Shown here: positions 23,958 through 32,883 of the stretch, in pieces | How the letters are laid out: the number at the start of each line of letters is the position of its first letter | How positions within the stretch are numbered: position 1 is the stretch's first letter | Source of the DNA: an uncultured Candidatus Saccharibacteria bacterium | Lineage (GTDB): Bacteria; Patescibacteriota; Minisyncoccia; Phycocordibacterales; UBA5272 | DNA length: 41,513 nt | Reading direction: 5' to 3' | Assembly (NCBI GenBank): GCA_964455195.1 | Contig: CAYVUY010000003.1 | Coordinates: 1 to 41,513 of the forward strand | Made by a program: the position numbers and the translations under genes | The notes under the pieces: model-generated | Databases searched by the model: none | What the model saw: only the letters and a program-made list of their open reading frames with translations | What the model was told of the DNA's origin: nothing

Positions 23958-24986
23958 ATGGATAAGAAAAGAGCCCTCATAACAGGAATTACTGGACAAG
24001 ACGGCTCTTACCTTGCGGAGTTCTTACTTGAGAAGGGGTATGAAGTGTATGGACTTGTGCGACGCACTAGTGTAGATCCGCTTATGCGAATTGATAGTCT
24101 TTCGCTACAGCATAAAATAAAAATTATCTACGGAGATTTGCGAGACAACGAAGCCATCATAAGAGCACTCGAAGCTTCTAAGCCTGATGAGATTTATAAT
24201 CTAGCAGCTCAATCTAGTGTTGGGGTTTCCTTTCAGACACCAGAAGAAACACTCGAGATTAATTACCATGGAGTAGGACGTCTTGTTAAAGAAGCTTTTG
24301 CTCAGAATCCAAAAGTGAAACTTTACCAAGCTTCATCCTCTGAGATGTTCGGTAATGTTAAGGAATCTCCTCAGAATGAAACAACACCATTTAATCCAGT
24401 GAGTCCGTATGCAGAAGCTAAGGTAAAAGCTCATCAAGACTATATTGTTTCTTTTAGAAATGAGTATAAAGCTTTTTTGTGTTCGGGGATTTTGTTTAAT
24501 CACGAGTCTCCTCGAAGAGGGAAACAGTTCGTTACGAGGAAAATCACACACTCAATGGCGAAGATTAAATTAGGGCTTCAGCAGTCTTTCGAGCTTGGTA
24601 ATCTTGATGCTAAGAGGGATTGGGGATATGCGAAAGACTATGTAGAAGCGATGTGGCTTATCATGCAACATGACACACCAGAAGATTATGTTATTGCAAC
24701 GGGTATTTCACATACTGTACGTGATTTCGTGAACGCCACAGCAAAGGCATTAGAAATGGAAATTTTATGGGAAGGGGAAGGAATACATGAAGTAGCAAAA
24801 AACAGTAAAGGTAAAATAATTCTTCGTGTAGATCCTAAGTTCTATAGACCTAATGAAGTGCATAGTGTTTTGGGTGATCCATCAAAGGCAAGAAAACAAT
24901 TAGGTTGGGAACCAAAAGTAAATTTTGAAACATTGGTAGCTATGATGGCTACGTCAGACTTAGAGAGCTTATCATTACATAAATAA
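23958..24986 (+). CDS. gmd: GDP-mannose 4,6-dehydratase, second copy
   Basis: [57 protein letters not shown]. Diverged paralog of 10387..11463. Confidence 0.9.
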   Translation: MDKKRALITGITGQDGSYLAEFLLEKGYEVYGLVRRTSVDPLMRIDSLSLQHKIKIIYGDLRDNEAIIRALEASKPDEIYNLAAQSSVGVSFQTPEETLEINYHGVGRLVKEAFAQNPKVKLYQASSSEMFGNVKESPQNETTPFNPVSPYAEAKVKAHQDYIVSFRNEYKAFLCSGILFNHESPRRGKQFVTRKITHSMAKIKLGLQQSFELGNLDAKRDWGYAKDYVEAMWLIMQHDTPEDYVIATGISHTVRDFVNATAKALEMEILWEGEGIHEVAKNSKGKIILRVDPKFYRPNEVHSVLGDPSKARKQLGWEPKVNFETLVAMMATSDLESLSLHK

Positions 24987-24988
24987 GT

Positions 24989-25963
24989 ATGAAATTAGAA
25001 CTCACCATAATAATACCTTGCTATAATTGTGCAGACACCTTAGAGGAAGCTGTAGAATCTTGTTTTAAACAAAACCTAACTTCTTTTGAGGTGGTGTTAG
25101 TTGATGATGGCTCTTCTGATAGAACAAGAGAAGTAATGCATTCACTAGCTAAGAAACATTCTGAGGTGAAAGTATTTTTCCACGAGAAGAACCAAGGAGG
25201 AGGAGCAACTAGAAATACCGCAGTTAAACATGCAGAGGCAGACATTATTTTTTGTTTAGATAGTGACGATATTCTTCCAGATGGTTCACTATCTACAATG
25301 CTTTCTTTTATGAAAGAGAAGAATTGTGACGCAGTAGGAGTACATAAATCAATTAAATTTAGAGGAGCAAATAAGAATGATGTTATTCGAGTCGATACCT
25401 TTGGACATGTTGGAGAAAAAATTCCTTTCGAAGCCCTTCTTCAAAAAAATGGTGTCTTGTGTTCGCTCTATTCAACATTCATGCATACTAAGAAAGCATT
25501 TGAAATAGCAGGAGGGTATCCTGTAGAGCACGGCTTTGACACTCAAGGGTTTGCATGGAGATTTTTAACTTGTGGTTTAGATGCTTATACTTGTCCTGAA
25601 GCATCATATCTTCACCGTATAGAATATAAAGATTCTTATTATATACGGGAGGCAAATGCAGGGAAAATTAATTATAATTGGCAAGATTTGTTAAGCGAGT
25701 ACTTACCACTTTTTAATGAGGAAACAAGACAGTTCATTCTTACCTTTAACTGCACAGATGCTTCCCGTAATCTTTTTGAAGAATTTAAAGAAAGAAACTC
25801 TGTTTTTGTAGATAACTATAAAGAACTTATCGGCCTACATTTCAAAAGAGAAAAGAGGGTATTTCAAAATAGGAAATATATTAGTCGTTCAAGCTTTTTA
25901 GGTATTATAATGAGAATTAAGTATAAGTTAAAACGTTTATTCATACACAATGAAAACTCCTAG
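24989..25963 (+). CDS. Glycosyltransferase family 2
   Basis: LTIIIPCYNCADTLEEAVESC...VVLVDDGSSD...CLDSDD. Confidence 0.85.
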   Translation: MKLELTIIIPCYNCADTLEEAVESCFKQNLTSFEVVLVDDGSSDRTREVMHSLAKKHSEVKVFFHEKNQGGGATRNTAVKHAEADIIFCLDSDDILPDGSLSTMLSFMKEKNCDAVGVHKSIKFRGANKNDVIRVDTFGHVGEKIPFEALLQKNGVLCSLYSTFMHTKKAFEIAGGYPVEHGFDTQGFAWRFLTCGLDAYTCPEASYLHRIEYKDSYYIREANAGKINYNWQDLLSEYLPLFNEETRQFILTFNCTDASRNLFEEFKERNSVFVDNYKELIGLHFKREKRVFQNRKYISRSSFLGIIMRIKYKLKRLFIHNENS

Positions 25964-27278
25964 CGAAATATTCGTAAATCCTAAAAAACTTTCTTATACA
26001 GAAGAAACGTTGTTTTCGCTTATTAGGGCACTAGAAGAGGGAGGGTACGATATTGTATGTGCTGAGAGACTTACACTTAAGTTTAAAAATGGTTTTGTTA
26101 AAAAAGATATTTTTTTTGAAAACTTAAATCAAATTCTTCCAGAATCTGTACTTTCTGTACCTAAAGAACCAGAAGCTTTTATAAAAGAACGTTGGAATCC
26201 TTTGAATGGTTTATTTGTTGCTAAAAAATCATTACTTCATTCTTTGCACACAAAAGACTATGAAGATGTGGATGAATTATTACGATATTGTTTTAAACAC
26301 AATTACAAAATATTTATTCTTGGAGGTACTGAAGCAATAGAAACTATCACACCACATTTAGGTGTTCTACTTAGAAAATCAAACAACGTGGTTTCCAAAA
26401 TAAAACAAGTTTTAAAAGAAATAGTAGTAAGTAATTTTTATTTACGAAAAATATTTCTTCGAATTACTTATATTCTAGGTAACATAAGGTCTGTTTTTAA
26501 AAATAAAGAAAGAAGAAAGCGTTATTATGAAACAATAGAACAGAGTAAAATAAAAAAGGAATTAGTATTACATTTAAGTTACGGAGGGTTGGGGGATTGT
26601 CTTGTCTTTACCTCACTACCACGTCTTTTAAAAGAGCAATATGGTGTAGATTTTTATCTCGATGAGAAAACAAAAGATATTTTTCGTCAGCATGATATCT
26701 TTAAACTTTGTTTTGAAATGAATCCTTTTTTTAAAGGTTTTAAAACATCAGAAAATGTTTTTGAGTATGGACACTTCTCACAAGACATGTCGCTGCGTAC
26801 ATTTTTTACAGATAAGTACGGTGAAAATATTTGTGAACAAGTAGAGAGACAATTTAATGTAAAAGGTAATGGGGTGCCAGAATTATTTTATAAACCCAAA
26901 TTTTTATCTGAATACACTAATACTATCTTTGTAGACACTAACTGGTTTAGTGGAAAGAAATGGGGGCTCTATAATGATCAGTCTCTTTTAGAGAAAGAAA
27001 TTCAAAATTCAAAACTTGAAAATACAAATGCAAGAGTAGAGTTCTCTACTCCAACGAGACAAGATATTTTCACCTATATCGATAAGATTTTTTCGAGTTG
27101 GAAATTCATCAGCTTTTTTTCTGGTGGGAATGTACTTGCTGCCACATTAAAGAAAGAAAAGGTAACTATTATTTTGCCTGAAAATATTGAAGGTGGGTCA
27201 ATGTATTCTTTCCTTTTCCCTCGGTCGCACAATACATATATTCGAAATGGCTCATTAAAAGGATATGTGATACCATAG
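25950..27278 (+). CDS. Hypothetical protein; C-terminal half has a GT9 (heptosyltransferase)-like N-terminal motif
   Basis: 442-aa ORF. LHLSYGGLGDCLVFTSLPRLLKEQY at about residue 205 resembles the GT9 RxxxxGDxxxxxPxxxxLK motif. Extremely AT-rich (10/60 G+C counted at 26401-26460). Function uncertain. Confidence 0.45.
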   Translation: MKTPSEIFVNPKKLSYTEETLFSLIRALEEGGYDIVCAERLTLKFKNGFVKKDIFFENLNQILPESVLSVPKEPEAFIKERWNPLNGLFVAKKSLLHSLHTKDYEDVDELLRYCFKHNYKIFILGGTEAIETITPHLGVLLRKSNNVVSKIKQVLKEIVVSNFYLRKIFLRITYILGNIRSVFKNKERRKRYYETIEQSKIKKELVLHLSYGGLGDCLVFTSLPRLLKEQYGVDFYLDEKTKDIFRQHDIFKLCFEMNPFFKGFKTSENVFEYGHFSQDMSLRTFFTDKYGENICEQVERQFNVKGNGVPELFYKPKFLSEYTNTIFVDTNWFSGKKWGLYNDQSLLEKEIQNSKLENTNARVEFSTPTRQDIFTYIDKIFSSWKFISFFSGGNVLAATLKKEKVTIILPENIEGGSMYSFLFPRSHNTYIRNGSLKGYVIP

Positions 27279-27285
27279 TATTTAT

Positions 27286-27843
27286 ATGAAAAAACAACTG
27301 AAAAATACCGGTCTTGCGGTGCAGAAAATGTCTCAACCAAAACCTCCTAAAAATGATCCACCAGTATTTCAATACAAAGGTAAAATATATCCATCATATT
27401 TAAAGTATGGTGATGCATGTTCATACGCACTTCCTTTCGCGAAGAAATTCTGTAAAGGGAAAGGGTTAGACATTGGAGGTTATGCTGAATGGACATATCC
27501 AGGAGCTCGTGCGGTGAACATCACTAACGGTGAGGAGTACGATGCTTATAATCTTCCAGCTGGAAAGTATGATTATATTTTTAGTAGTCACACCTTGGAA
27601 CATTTACCTCTTTATGTAAAAGCGTTACAGTATTGGAAAGAACATTTAAAGAAAGGAGGAGTATTGTTTATGTACTTACCACACCCTGATATGGAATATT
27701 GGTTACCTCAGAATAATGCTAAGCATTACCATGCTTTTAACCCAGAGGAGTTGAAGAAAGTTCTAGTTGATATTGGATATAAAAATGTTTTAGTAAGTGA
27801 GAGAGACTTGTACTGGTCTTTTTCTGTAGTAGCTTTTAATTAA
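27286..27843 (+). CDS. Class I SAM-dependent methyltransferase (Methyltransf_11-like)
   Basis: KGLDIGG, YDYIFSSHTLEHL, LKKGGVLFMYLP. Confidence 0.7.
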   Translation: MKKQLKNTGLAVQKMSQPKPPKNDPPVFQYKGKIYPSYLKYGDACSYALPFAKKFCKGKGLDIGGYAEWTYPGARAVNITNGEEYDAYNLPAGKYDYIFSSHTLEHLPLYVKALQYWKEHLKKGGVLFMYLPHPDMEYWLPQNNAKHYHAFNPEELKKVLVDIGYKNVLVSERDLYWSFSVVAFN

Positions 27844-27904
27844 GCTGCTATTTAGACGGAGATACTTGTAGAAGTATTTTACGCACGTAATAAGACTAAC
27901 TTTT

Positions 27905-29683
27905 ATGGTAACCTTTTTAAAAAAATTTATTTGGTTTTTCAGACTCTGTGCACATCGTAAATGGAATCCACGACTTGTCGGTGCCTTTGTGTCTCTTAAG
28001 TTAAAGAAACTTTGTAAAGTAAAATTTAACGAAGTTGATACTTCCTCAGAATCCGTAGTAATAGATGTTGTAATCCCAACAGTATCTAAGGATTTAGCAC
28101 TTGTAGAAGAGGTAATAGAATCATTAAGAGAAAATCTTAAGCATACTATTTCTAAGTTTTACATTGTCACCCGCAAGACAGATGAAATGATTGCTTTTTG
28201 TGAAAAAAATAAATATGTTTTTGTTGATGAAGTTTCTGTACTTGGATATGGTAAAGATAAAGTACACTACACAGTACATGGAAAAGATAGAAGTGGGTGG
28301 ATATTCCAACAACTCTTAAAGCTCTCAGGGGACACGTTCGTAAAACAAAAAAAGTATTTTATTCTCGATTCGGATACTATTTTAATTAAGCCACATTCTT
28401 TTATTCGTGGTGGTAAAGACGTGTTCTTGCAAAGTGAAGAATGGAATCCACCGTATTTTAAATCATTCGAGAAGCTTTTTGGATACCCAACAAAAAACAC
28501 TCTTTCATATACAGCACATATGATGCTCTTCGACACAGATATGTTAAGAGAAATGAAGAAAGAAATTGAATCTAAGCATAAGAAATCATGGGATAAGGCA
28601 TACCTTGATCTTATTGATGAGAATGAGAATTCTTGCGCGTCAGATTATGATATGTACGCTAATTGGATGGAAGTTAATCATGGTGAAAAAGTAACATTTA
28701 CTCCGTTCTACAATACTGCCCTTCCTAGAAAGGAGCTCTTGCCGTTGTATGATATGATTAAAAAATATAATACAAAATATCAATCTATGTCTTTCCATCA
28801 CTACACCAACAAACCTATTACTACTAAATTAAAAGGAGGGTTAGGCAATCAAATGTTCCAGTATGTTATGGGACTTACATTTGCAACTAGAGATAATCGA
28901 GAACTTAAGTTAGATGTTACTGCGTATATGGATAATGGTTCTCCAGCCAGAGATACTCCACGTAAGTATAGACTTCATGCTTTTAATTTATCTGGCACGC
29001 TCGCTACGACAGAAGAAGCTATGAAGGCACGTAATCCATACGGAATCCTATCCAAAGGTATAAGGTTCATTAGTCAGAGAATTTTGAAGCGTTTCTATAC
29101 AGATTATGATGCTGACTTTTTGAAAAAAGAACATGACTACATAGAAGGATATTTCCAGTCAGAGAAAAACTTTATTTCAATAAAAGATAAAGTGTTTAAA
29201 GAATTTACATTGAAGAAAGAATTCGAATCTCCTGTTTATATAGAAGAGAAAGCAAAAATTGATAAAGAGAAAAGTGTTTCAGTTCACATCAGACGAGGGG
29301 ATTATGTAAGTGATCAAAAAACTAATCAAGTCCATGGAGTATGCAACAAAGACTATTACGATAAGGGAATAGCATATATAAAAACTAAAATTGATTCACC
29401 AATTTTCTATTTCTTTTCTGATGATATTGAATGGGTAAAGAATGAATTCGGTAATGACCCAAACTACAGATATGTTTCTAATCCTAAGCTAGAAGACTAT
29501 GAAGAATTGATGCTTATGACAGCGTGCGCGAATAACCTCATAGCTAACTCGTCATTCTCGTGGTGGGGAGCATGGCTAAACAGAAATCCTAATAAGCTAG
29601 TTGTAGCCCCTAATAGATGGGTAAATATAAAACCAAACCCTCAGCCGAATATTATTCCAGAAGGCTGGACAATACTAGACTAA
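27905..29683 (+). CDS. Two-domain glycosyltransferase: N-terminal GT-A-like domain + C-terminal GT11 alpha-1,2-fucosyltransferase
   Basis: C-terminal half: GGLGNQMFQY, HIRRGDY, FFSDDIEWVK, NSSFSWWGAWL (GT11/FutC motifs). N-terminal half: VIDVVIPTVSKD...GWIFQQLLKL...FILDSDT (DxD-like). Confidence 0.8.
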   Translation: MVTFLKKFIWFFRLCAHRKWNPRLVGAFVSLKLKKLCKVKFNEVDTSSESVVIDVVIPTVSKDLALVEEVIESLRENLKHTISKFYIVTRKTDEMIAFCEKNKYVFVDEVSVLGYGKDKVHYTVHGKDRSGWIFQQLLKLSGDTFVKQKKYFILDSDTILIKPHSFIRGGKDVFLQSEEWNPPYFKSFEKLFGYPTKNTLSYTAHMMLFDTDMLREMKKEIESKHKKSWDKAYLDLIDENENSCASDYDMYANWMEVNHGEKVTFTPFYNTALPRKELLPLYDMIKKYNTKYQSMSFHHYTNKPITTKLKGGLGNQMFQYVMGLTFATRDNRELKLDVTAYMDNGSPARDTPRKYRLHAFNLSGTLATTEEAMKARNPYGILSKGIRFISQRILKRFYTDYDADFLKKEHDYIEGYFQSEKNFISIKDKVFKEFTLKKEFESPVYIEEKAKIDKEKSVSVHIRRGDYVSDQKTNQVHGVCNKDYYDKGIAYIKTKIDSPIFYFFSDDIEWVKNEFGNDPNYRYVSNPKLEDYEELMLMTACANNLIANSSFSWWGAWLNRNPNKLVVAPNRWVNIKPNPQPNIIPEGWTILD

Positions 29684-29706
29684 ATTCACTCAGTCAAGGG
29701 TGTATA

Positions 29707-29744
29707 CCATGAAAAAACCACACTCTAGTGTGGTTTTTTCATGG
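29707..29744. terminator. Bidirectional intrinsic terminator
   Basis: 17-bp inverted repeat CCATGAAAAAACCACAC / GTGTGGTTTTTTCATGG. The track start codon 29741 lies inside this hairpin. Confidence 0.7.
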
Positions 29745-29782
29745 TATACTTTTTTGCAATACTCATTATTAAAATAAACTGT

Positions 29783-32125
29783 ATGCAAAAAAATCTTAAA
29801 ACAATTGTGCTTGTTTCTTTATCACTTATTCCGTTTCTCGCATGGCTTGTGTCTGACGGGCGATTCCTTGATCTTAATATCGACTTTGGAAACTCGGGAC
29901 TTTTCTTCCCGTTTATTTCAGGGAAAAACTTCGGCTTCAGAGTGTTGGTTGAAATTGCTTTCGTAGCATGGGCATTTCTTGCGATACGTTTTCCAGAATA
30001 CCGTCCGAGAATGTCTAAGTTGCTTCTTGCGTACAGTATTTTCATTGGAGTGCTTTTCGTGGCAGACCTCTTCGGTGTTGATCCAGAAAGAAGTTTCCTT
30101 TCTAACTATGAACGTATGGAAGGATTCGTTACACACTTACACCTATACCTTTACTTCATTATGTTTACCTCAGTGGTACGCACAGCGGTAGAGTGGGATA
30201 GAATGCTTAAGATTTTTTTGTCGTCAAACGCAGTTGTACTTCTATGGGGATACTTTCAACTTCTCGGTAGTCCATCGTTCATCGTGGCTAAGATAGCTCC
30301 TCCTCTTGCTAAAGCGTTTAGTGGTAAGTTCCCAATTCACATGTCAGGGGACCGACTAGATAGTACTATTGGTAACTCAGCATATTTCGCTATTTATACA
30401 GCGCTCTTTGCATTCATTGCAGCAATTCTTTATCTTCGTGAGCAGAAGAAGAGTTGGAGAAAGGTCTACGTGGCAATGGTTGTTCTAAACCTCATAGCGC
30501 TTTTCTACACAGGTACTCGTGGAACACAATTAGGTCTTGGGCTTGGATTACTTGTTGCAGTATGTGCATTCGTATTTTCATATGCAAAACATAAGAAAAT
30601 AGTAACACTCATCTCGGTGCTTCCAGTCTTGGGTATTGTGTCAGCATTGTTTGATAAAAATCTCCTCAACTTCCTTTATCAAGGTGCAACGCTTTACGTC
30701 ATTATCGTAGCCGCATGTGCTGTTTATGTGGCTCGTGCTGATCATGATAAAGAAAAGAAGATTGCTGCTAATATTCTTGTGTTTATCGCAGCATGTGCAC
30801 TTATCTTTACTCTTGCTAAGGGTTCAGATTTCGTGAAGAATAGTCCATCACTTTCTCGTCTTGCTAACATATCAGTGACAGATGGAACCACACTTTCTCG
30901 TTTCACCATTTGGAAAATGAGTTATGAAGGATGGAAGGAAAGACCATTACTTGGTTACGGACAAGATAACTTCGGTTATATCTTCGCTCGTCATTTCGAC
31001 CCTGCAATGTATGGACAGGAACCATGGTTCGATCGTTCTCACAACGTGTTCTTCGACTGGTTAGTTGCAGGTGGAATATTAGGACTACTCTCGTATCTAT
31101 CACTCTTTGCTATTGCATTGTACTTATTACTTAAAGTAAAAGGAGATTTATCACCAAAAGAAAAGGTGTTACTACTTGGAGCTTTGGTAACATACTTTAT
31201 ACACAATACGCTAGTGTTCGATAACTTAACCAGTTATATTCTCTTCTTCATGCTACTCGCATTCATTTCTATGCGTACTGAAGGACATCTTCATAAACCA
31301 GTACATAAGAATATGTCTGAATACCAAGCTGTACTTGAACCTGTGGCAGTTGTGCTAACACTTATTGTATTTTGGTTCGCTGTTTATAAGCCGTACGTAG
31401 CTAATACGCTTCTTATTAAAGCAATTGATACCGCACGTCTCGCGCAAGGTCCACAAGGAAATAGAAGTATTGAGGAAGTAATCAATATTCAAATTGATTC
31501 ATTTAAACAAGCTCTTGCAATGGATAGTTTCGGATCACAAGAAGTTCGTGAACAAATGGTAAGTTACGCTGCTCGTCTTGCTGGGTATAACGCTTCACTT
31601 CCTCCAGTGCAGAAATTCTTAGGAGAAACTGACAAAGTTATCGCGGGTCTTTCTGATAAGGACAAGAGTGATGTTCGCCAACTCTCTATCTACGGAGCAT
31701 ACTTTAATGCAAAGCAAGACTTCACAAATGCTGAAGCATTCTTAAGTAAGGCTCACGAGCTTAGTCCTAACAAGCAACTTATTGCTTTTGATTTGATTAG
31801 TACCTATATAGGGGAGAAGAAGTATGCAGATATGTATACAGTTGCACTACAGACATACAATGCTAGACCACAAGTAGCAGCAGCTGCAACCATTCTTGCG
31901 GCGGCATCAGTATACGCTGGTAAGGAAGCAGAAACTGTTAAAATATTTACCGATAACAATCAGAAGTTCCCACTATCGATTGAAGTTATTAATGCTTACA
32001 TTAATCTCGGTAATTATCAGCGTGCTATCGATCTTCTTAATCAATACAAAGCACAGAACCCAGGTGACGCAACACAGGTTGATGCATTTATTAAACAAAT
32101 TATCGATAGGGCAAATAAAAAATAA
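29783..32125 (+). CDS. O-antigen ligase/polymerase-like (Wzy_C family) polytopic membrane protein with a C-terminal TPR-like domain
   Basis: Many TM helices. YTGTRGTQLGLGLGLL is like the Wzy_C loop. The C-terminal ~270 aa are helical-repeat/TPR-like. Start re-assigned to ATG 29783 (MQKNLKT...), which lies 7 nt after TAAAAT. Confidence 0.75.
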   Translation: MQKNLKTIVLVSLSLIPFLAWLVSDGRFLDLNIDFGNSGLFFPFISGKNFGFRVLVEIAFVAWAFLAIRFPEYRPRMSKLLLAYSIFIGVLFVADLFGVDPERSFLSNYERMEGFVTHLHLYLYFIMFTSVVRTAVEWDRMLKIFLSSNAVVLLWGYFQLLGSPSFIVAKIAPPLAKAFSGKFPIHMSGDRLDSTIGNSAYFAIYTALFAFIAAILYLREQKKSWRKVYVAMVVLNLIALFYTGTRGTQLGLGLGLLVAVCAFVFSYAKHKKIVTLISVLPVLGIVSALFDKNLLNFLYQGATLYVIIVAACAVYVARADHDKEKKIAANILVFIAACALIFTLAKGSDFVKNSPSLSRLANISVTDGTTLSRFTIWKMSYEGWKERPLLGYGQDNFGYIFARHFDPAMYGQEPWFDRSHNVFFDWLVAGGILGLLSYLSLFAIALYLLLKVKGDLSPKEKVLLLGALVTYFIHNTLVFDNLTSYILFFMLLAFISMRTEGHLHKPVHKNMSEYQAVLEPVAVVLTLIVFWFAVYKPYVANTLLIKAIDTARLAQGPQGNRSIEEVINIQIDSFKQALAMDSFGSQEVREQMVSYAARLAGYNASLPPVQKFLGETDKVIAGLSDKDKSDVRQLSIYGAYFNAKQDFTNAEAFLSKAHELSPNKQLIAFDLISTYIGEKKYADMYTVALQTYNARPQVAAAATILAAASVYAGKEAETVKIFTDNNQKFPLSIEVINAYINLGNYQRAIDLLNQYKAQNPGDATQVDAFIKQIIDRANKK

Positions 32126-32142
32126 TGTAAATTAAAACTTAT

Positions 32143-32493
32143 ATGAGTAGAACCAAAGATGAATTCGATGTTTTTTATGAAACAAGACCATGGGGAGCAT
32201 TCCACGAGTACCGCTCAGGAGTGAAAATGCTTATTGTTAATGCTAATGAAGCTTTCAGTCTTCAATATCATAATCACCGCGCAGAATTCTGGGAAGTGTT
32301 AGAGGGTAACCCTATTATTACTGTTGGAGACAAAGAAATACCTGCTAAACCAGGAGATAGATTCTTAATTCCAGTTAAAACAATTCATAGAATAAATGGT
32401 GGTCCAACAGGGACTAAGGTATTCGAATTAGCAACTGGTCACTTCGATGAAGATGATATTGTGAGAATCGAAGATAAATACGGACGAAATTAG
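32143..32493 (+). CDS. Stand-alone cupin, type II phosphomannose isomerase-like (ManC C-terminal domain homolog)
   Basis: RPWGAF...SLQYHNHRAEFWEVLEG...PGDRFLIPVKTIHRI matches the PMI type II cupin pattern. Confidence 0.75.
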   Translation: MSRTKDEFDVFYETRPWGAFHEYRSGVKMLIVNANEAFSLQYHNHRAEFWEVLEGNPIITVGDKEIPAKPGDRFLIPVKTIHRINGGPTGTKVFELATGHFDEDDIVRIEDKYGRN

Positions 32494-32574
32494 TTTTGAC
32501 ACAAAAGATGGAATGGCGTATGCTATATGCATGTGAGTGTAGAAATGCTAGCTCGCAAAATAAATAAATGCCTG

Positions 32575-32607
32575 TGTAAATTCCCCGAAAGGGGAATTTA
32601 CATTTTT
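32575..32607 (+). terminator. Intrinsic terminator
   Basis: TGTAAATTCCCC-GAAA-GGGGAATTTACA, followed by TTTTT. Confidence 0.7.
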
Positions 32608-32811
32608 AGAGCAAAATTTAAGCAATTACTTTGTTGAAAGAATTTTTTGCTCCCGCAAAGTACTTCTGTACATTTTGGTCTCAAAAAATCCTTTCGCCTC
32701 GTACTTGTTTAAATTTTGCCCTAAAAATAGATTCGAATAAAATATTTTGCCGCACCAGCTACTTGCTCCACTCTTTAATTTCTGTCATACTTTATACGTG
32801 CTGTTGTATCA

Positions 32812-32879
32812 CCTCGCGGTGAGCGACCGCACTCACATAAGGCACTTATTTTGGAGTTAGCACTTCGCTCACCACGAGG
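32812..32879. other. Long GC-rich hairpin of unknown function (candidate small RNA or 3'-UTR element)
   Basis: CCTCGCGGTGAGCG (32812..32825) pairs with CGCTCACCACGAGG (32866..32879). There is one C-A mismatch on plus, which becomes G-U on minus. An inner hairpin ATAAG-GCA-CTTAT is present. No ORF. Confidence 0.3.
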
Positions 32880-32883
32880 GGGT

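Noticed and set aside
29741-29782. Track start codon 29741 for the Wzy_C-family gene
   Set aside because: The ATG lies inside the 17-bp terminator hairpin of the upstream gene. ATG 29783 gives a normal signal/TM-like N-terminus and has a -10-like box 7 nt upstream.
32631-32822. 63-aa plus-strand ORF in the long intergenic region
   Set aside because: The peptide is Cys/Phe/Leu-rich and of low plausibility. There are no start signals, and the region is better described as structured non-coding DNA.
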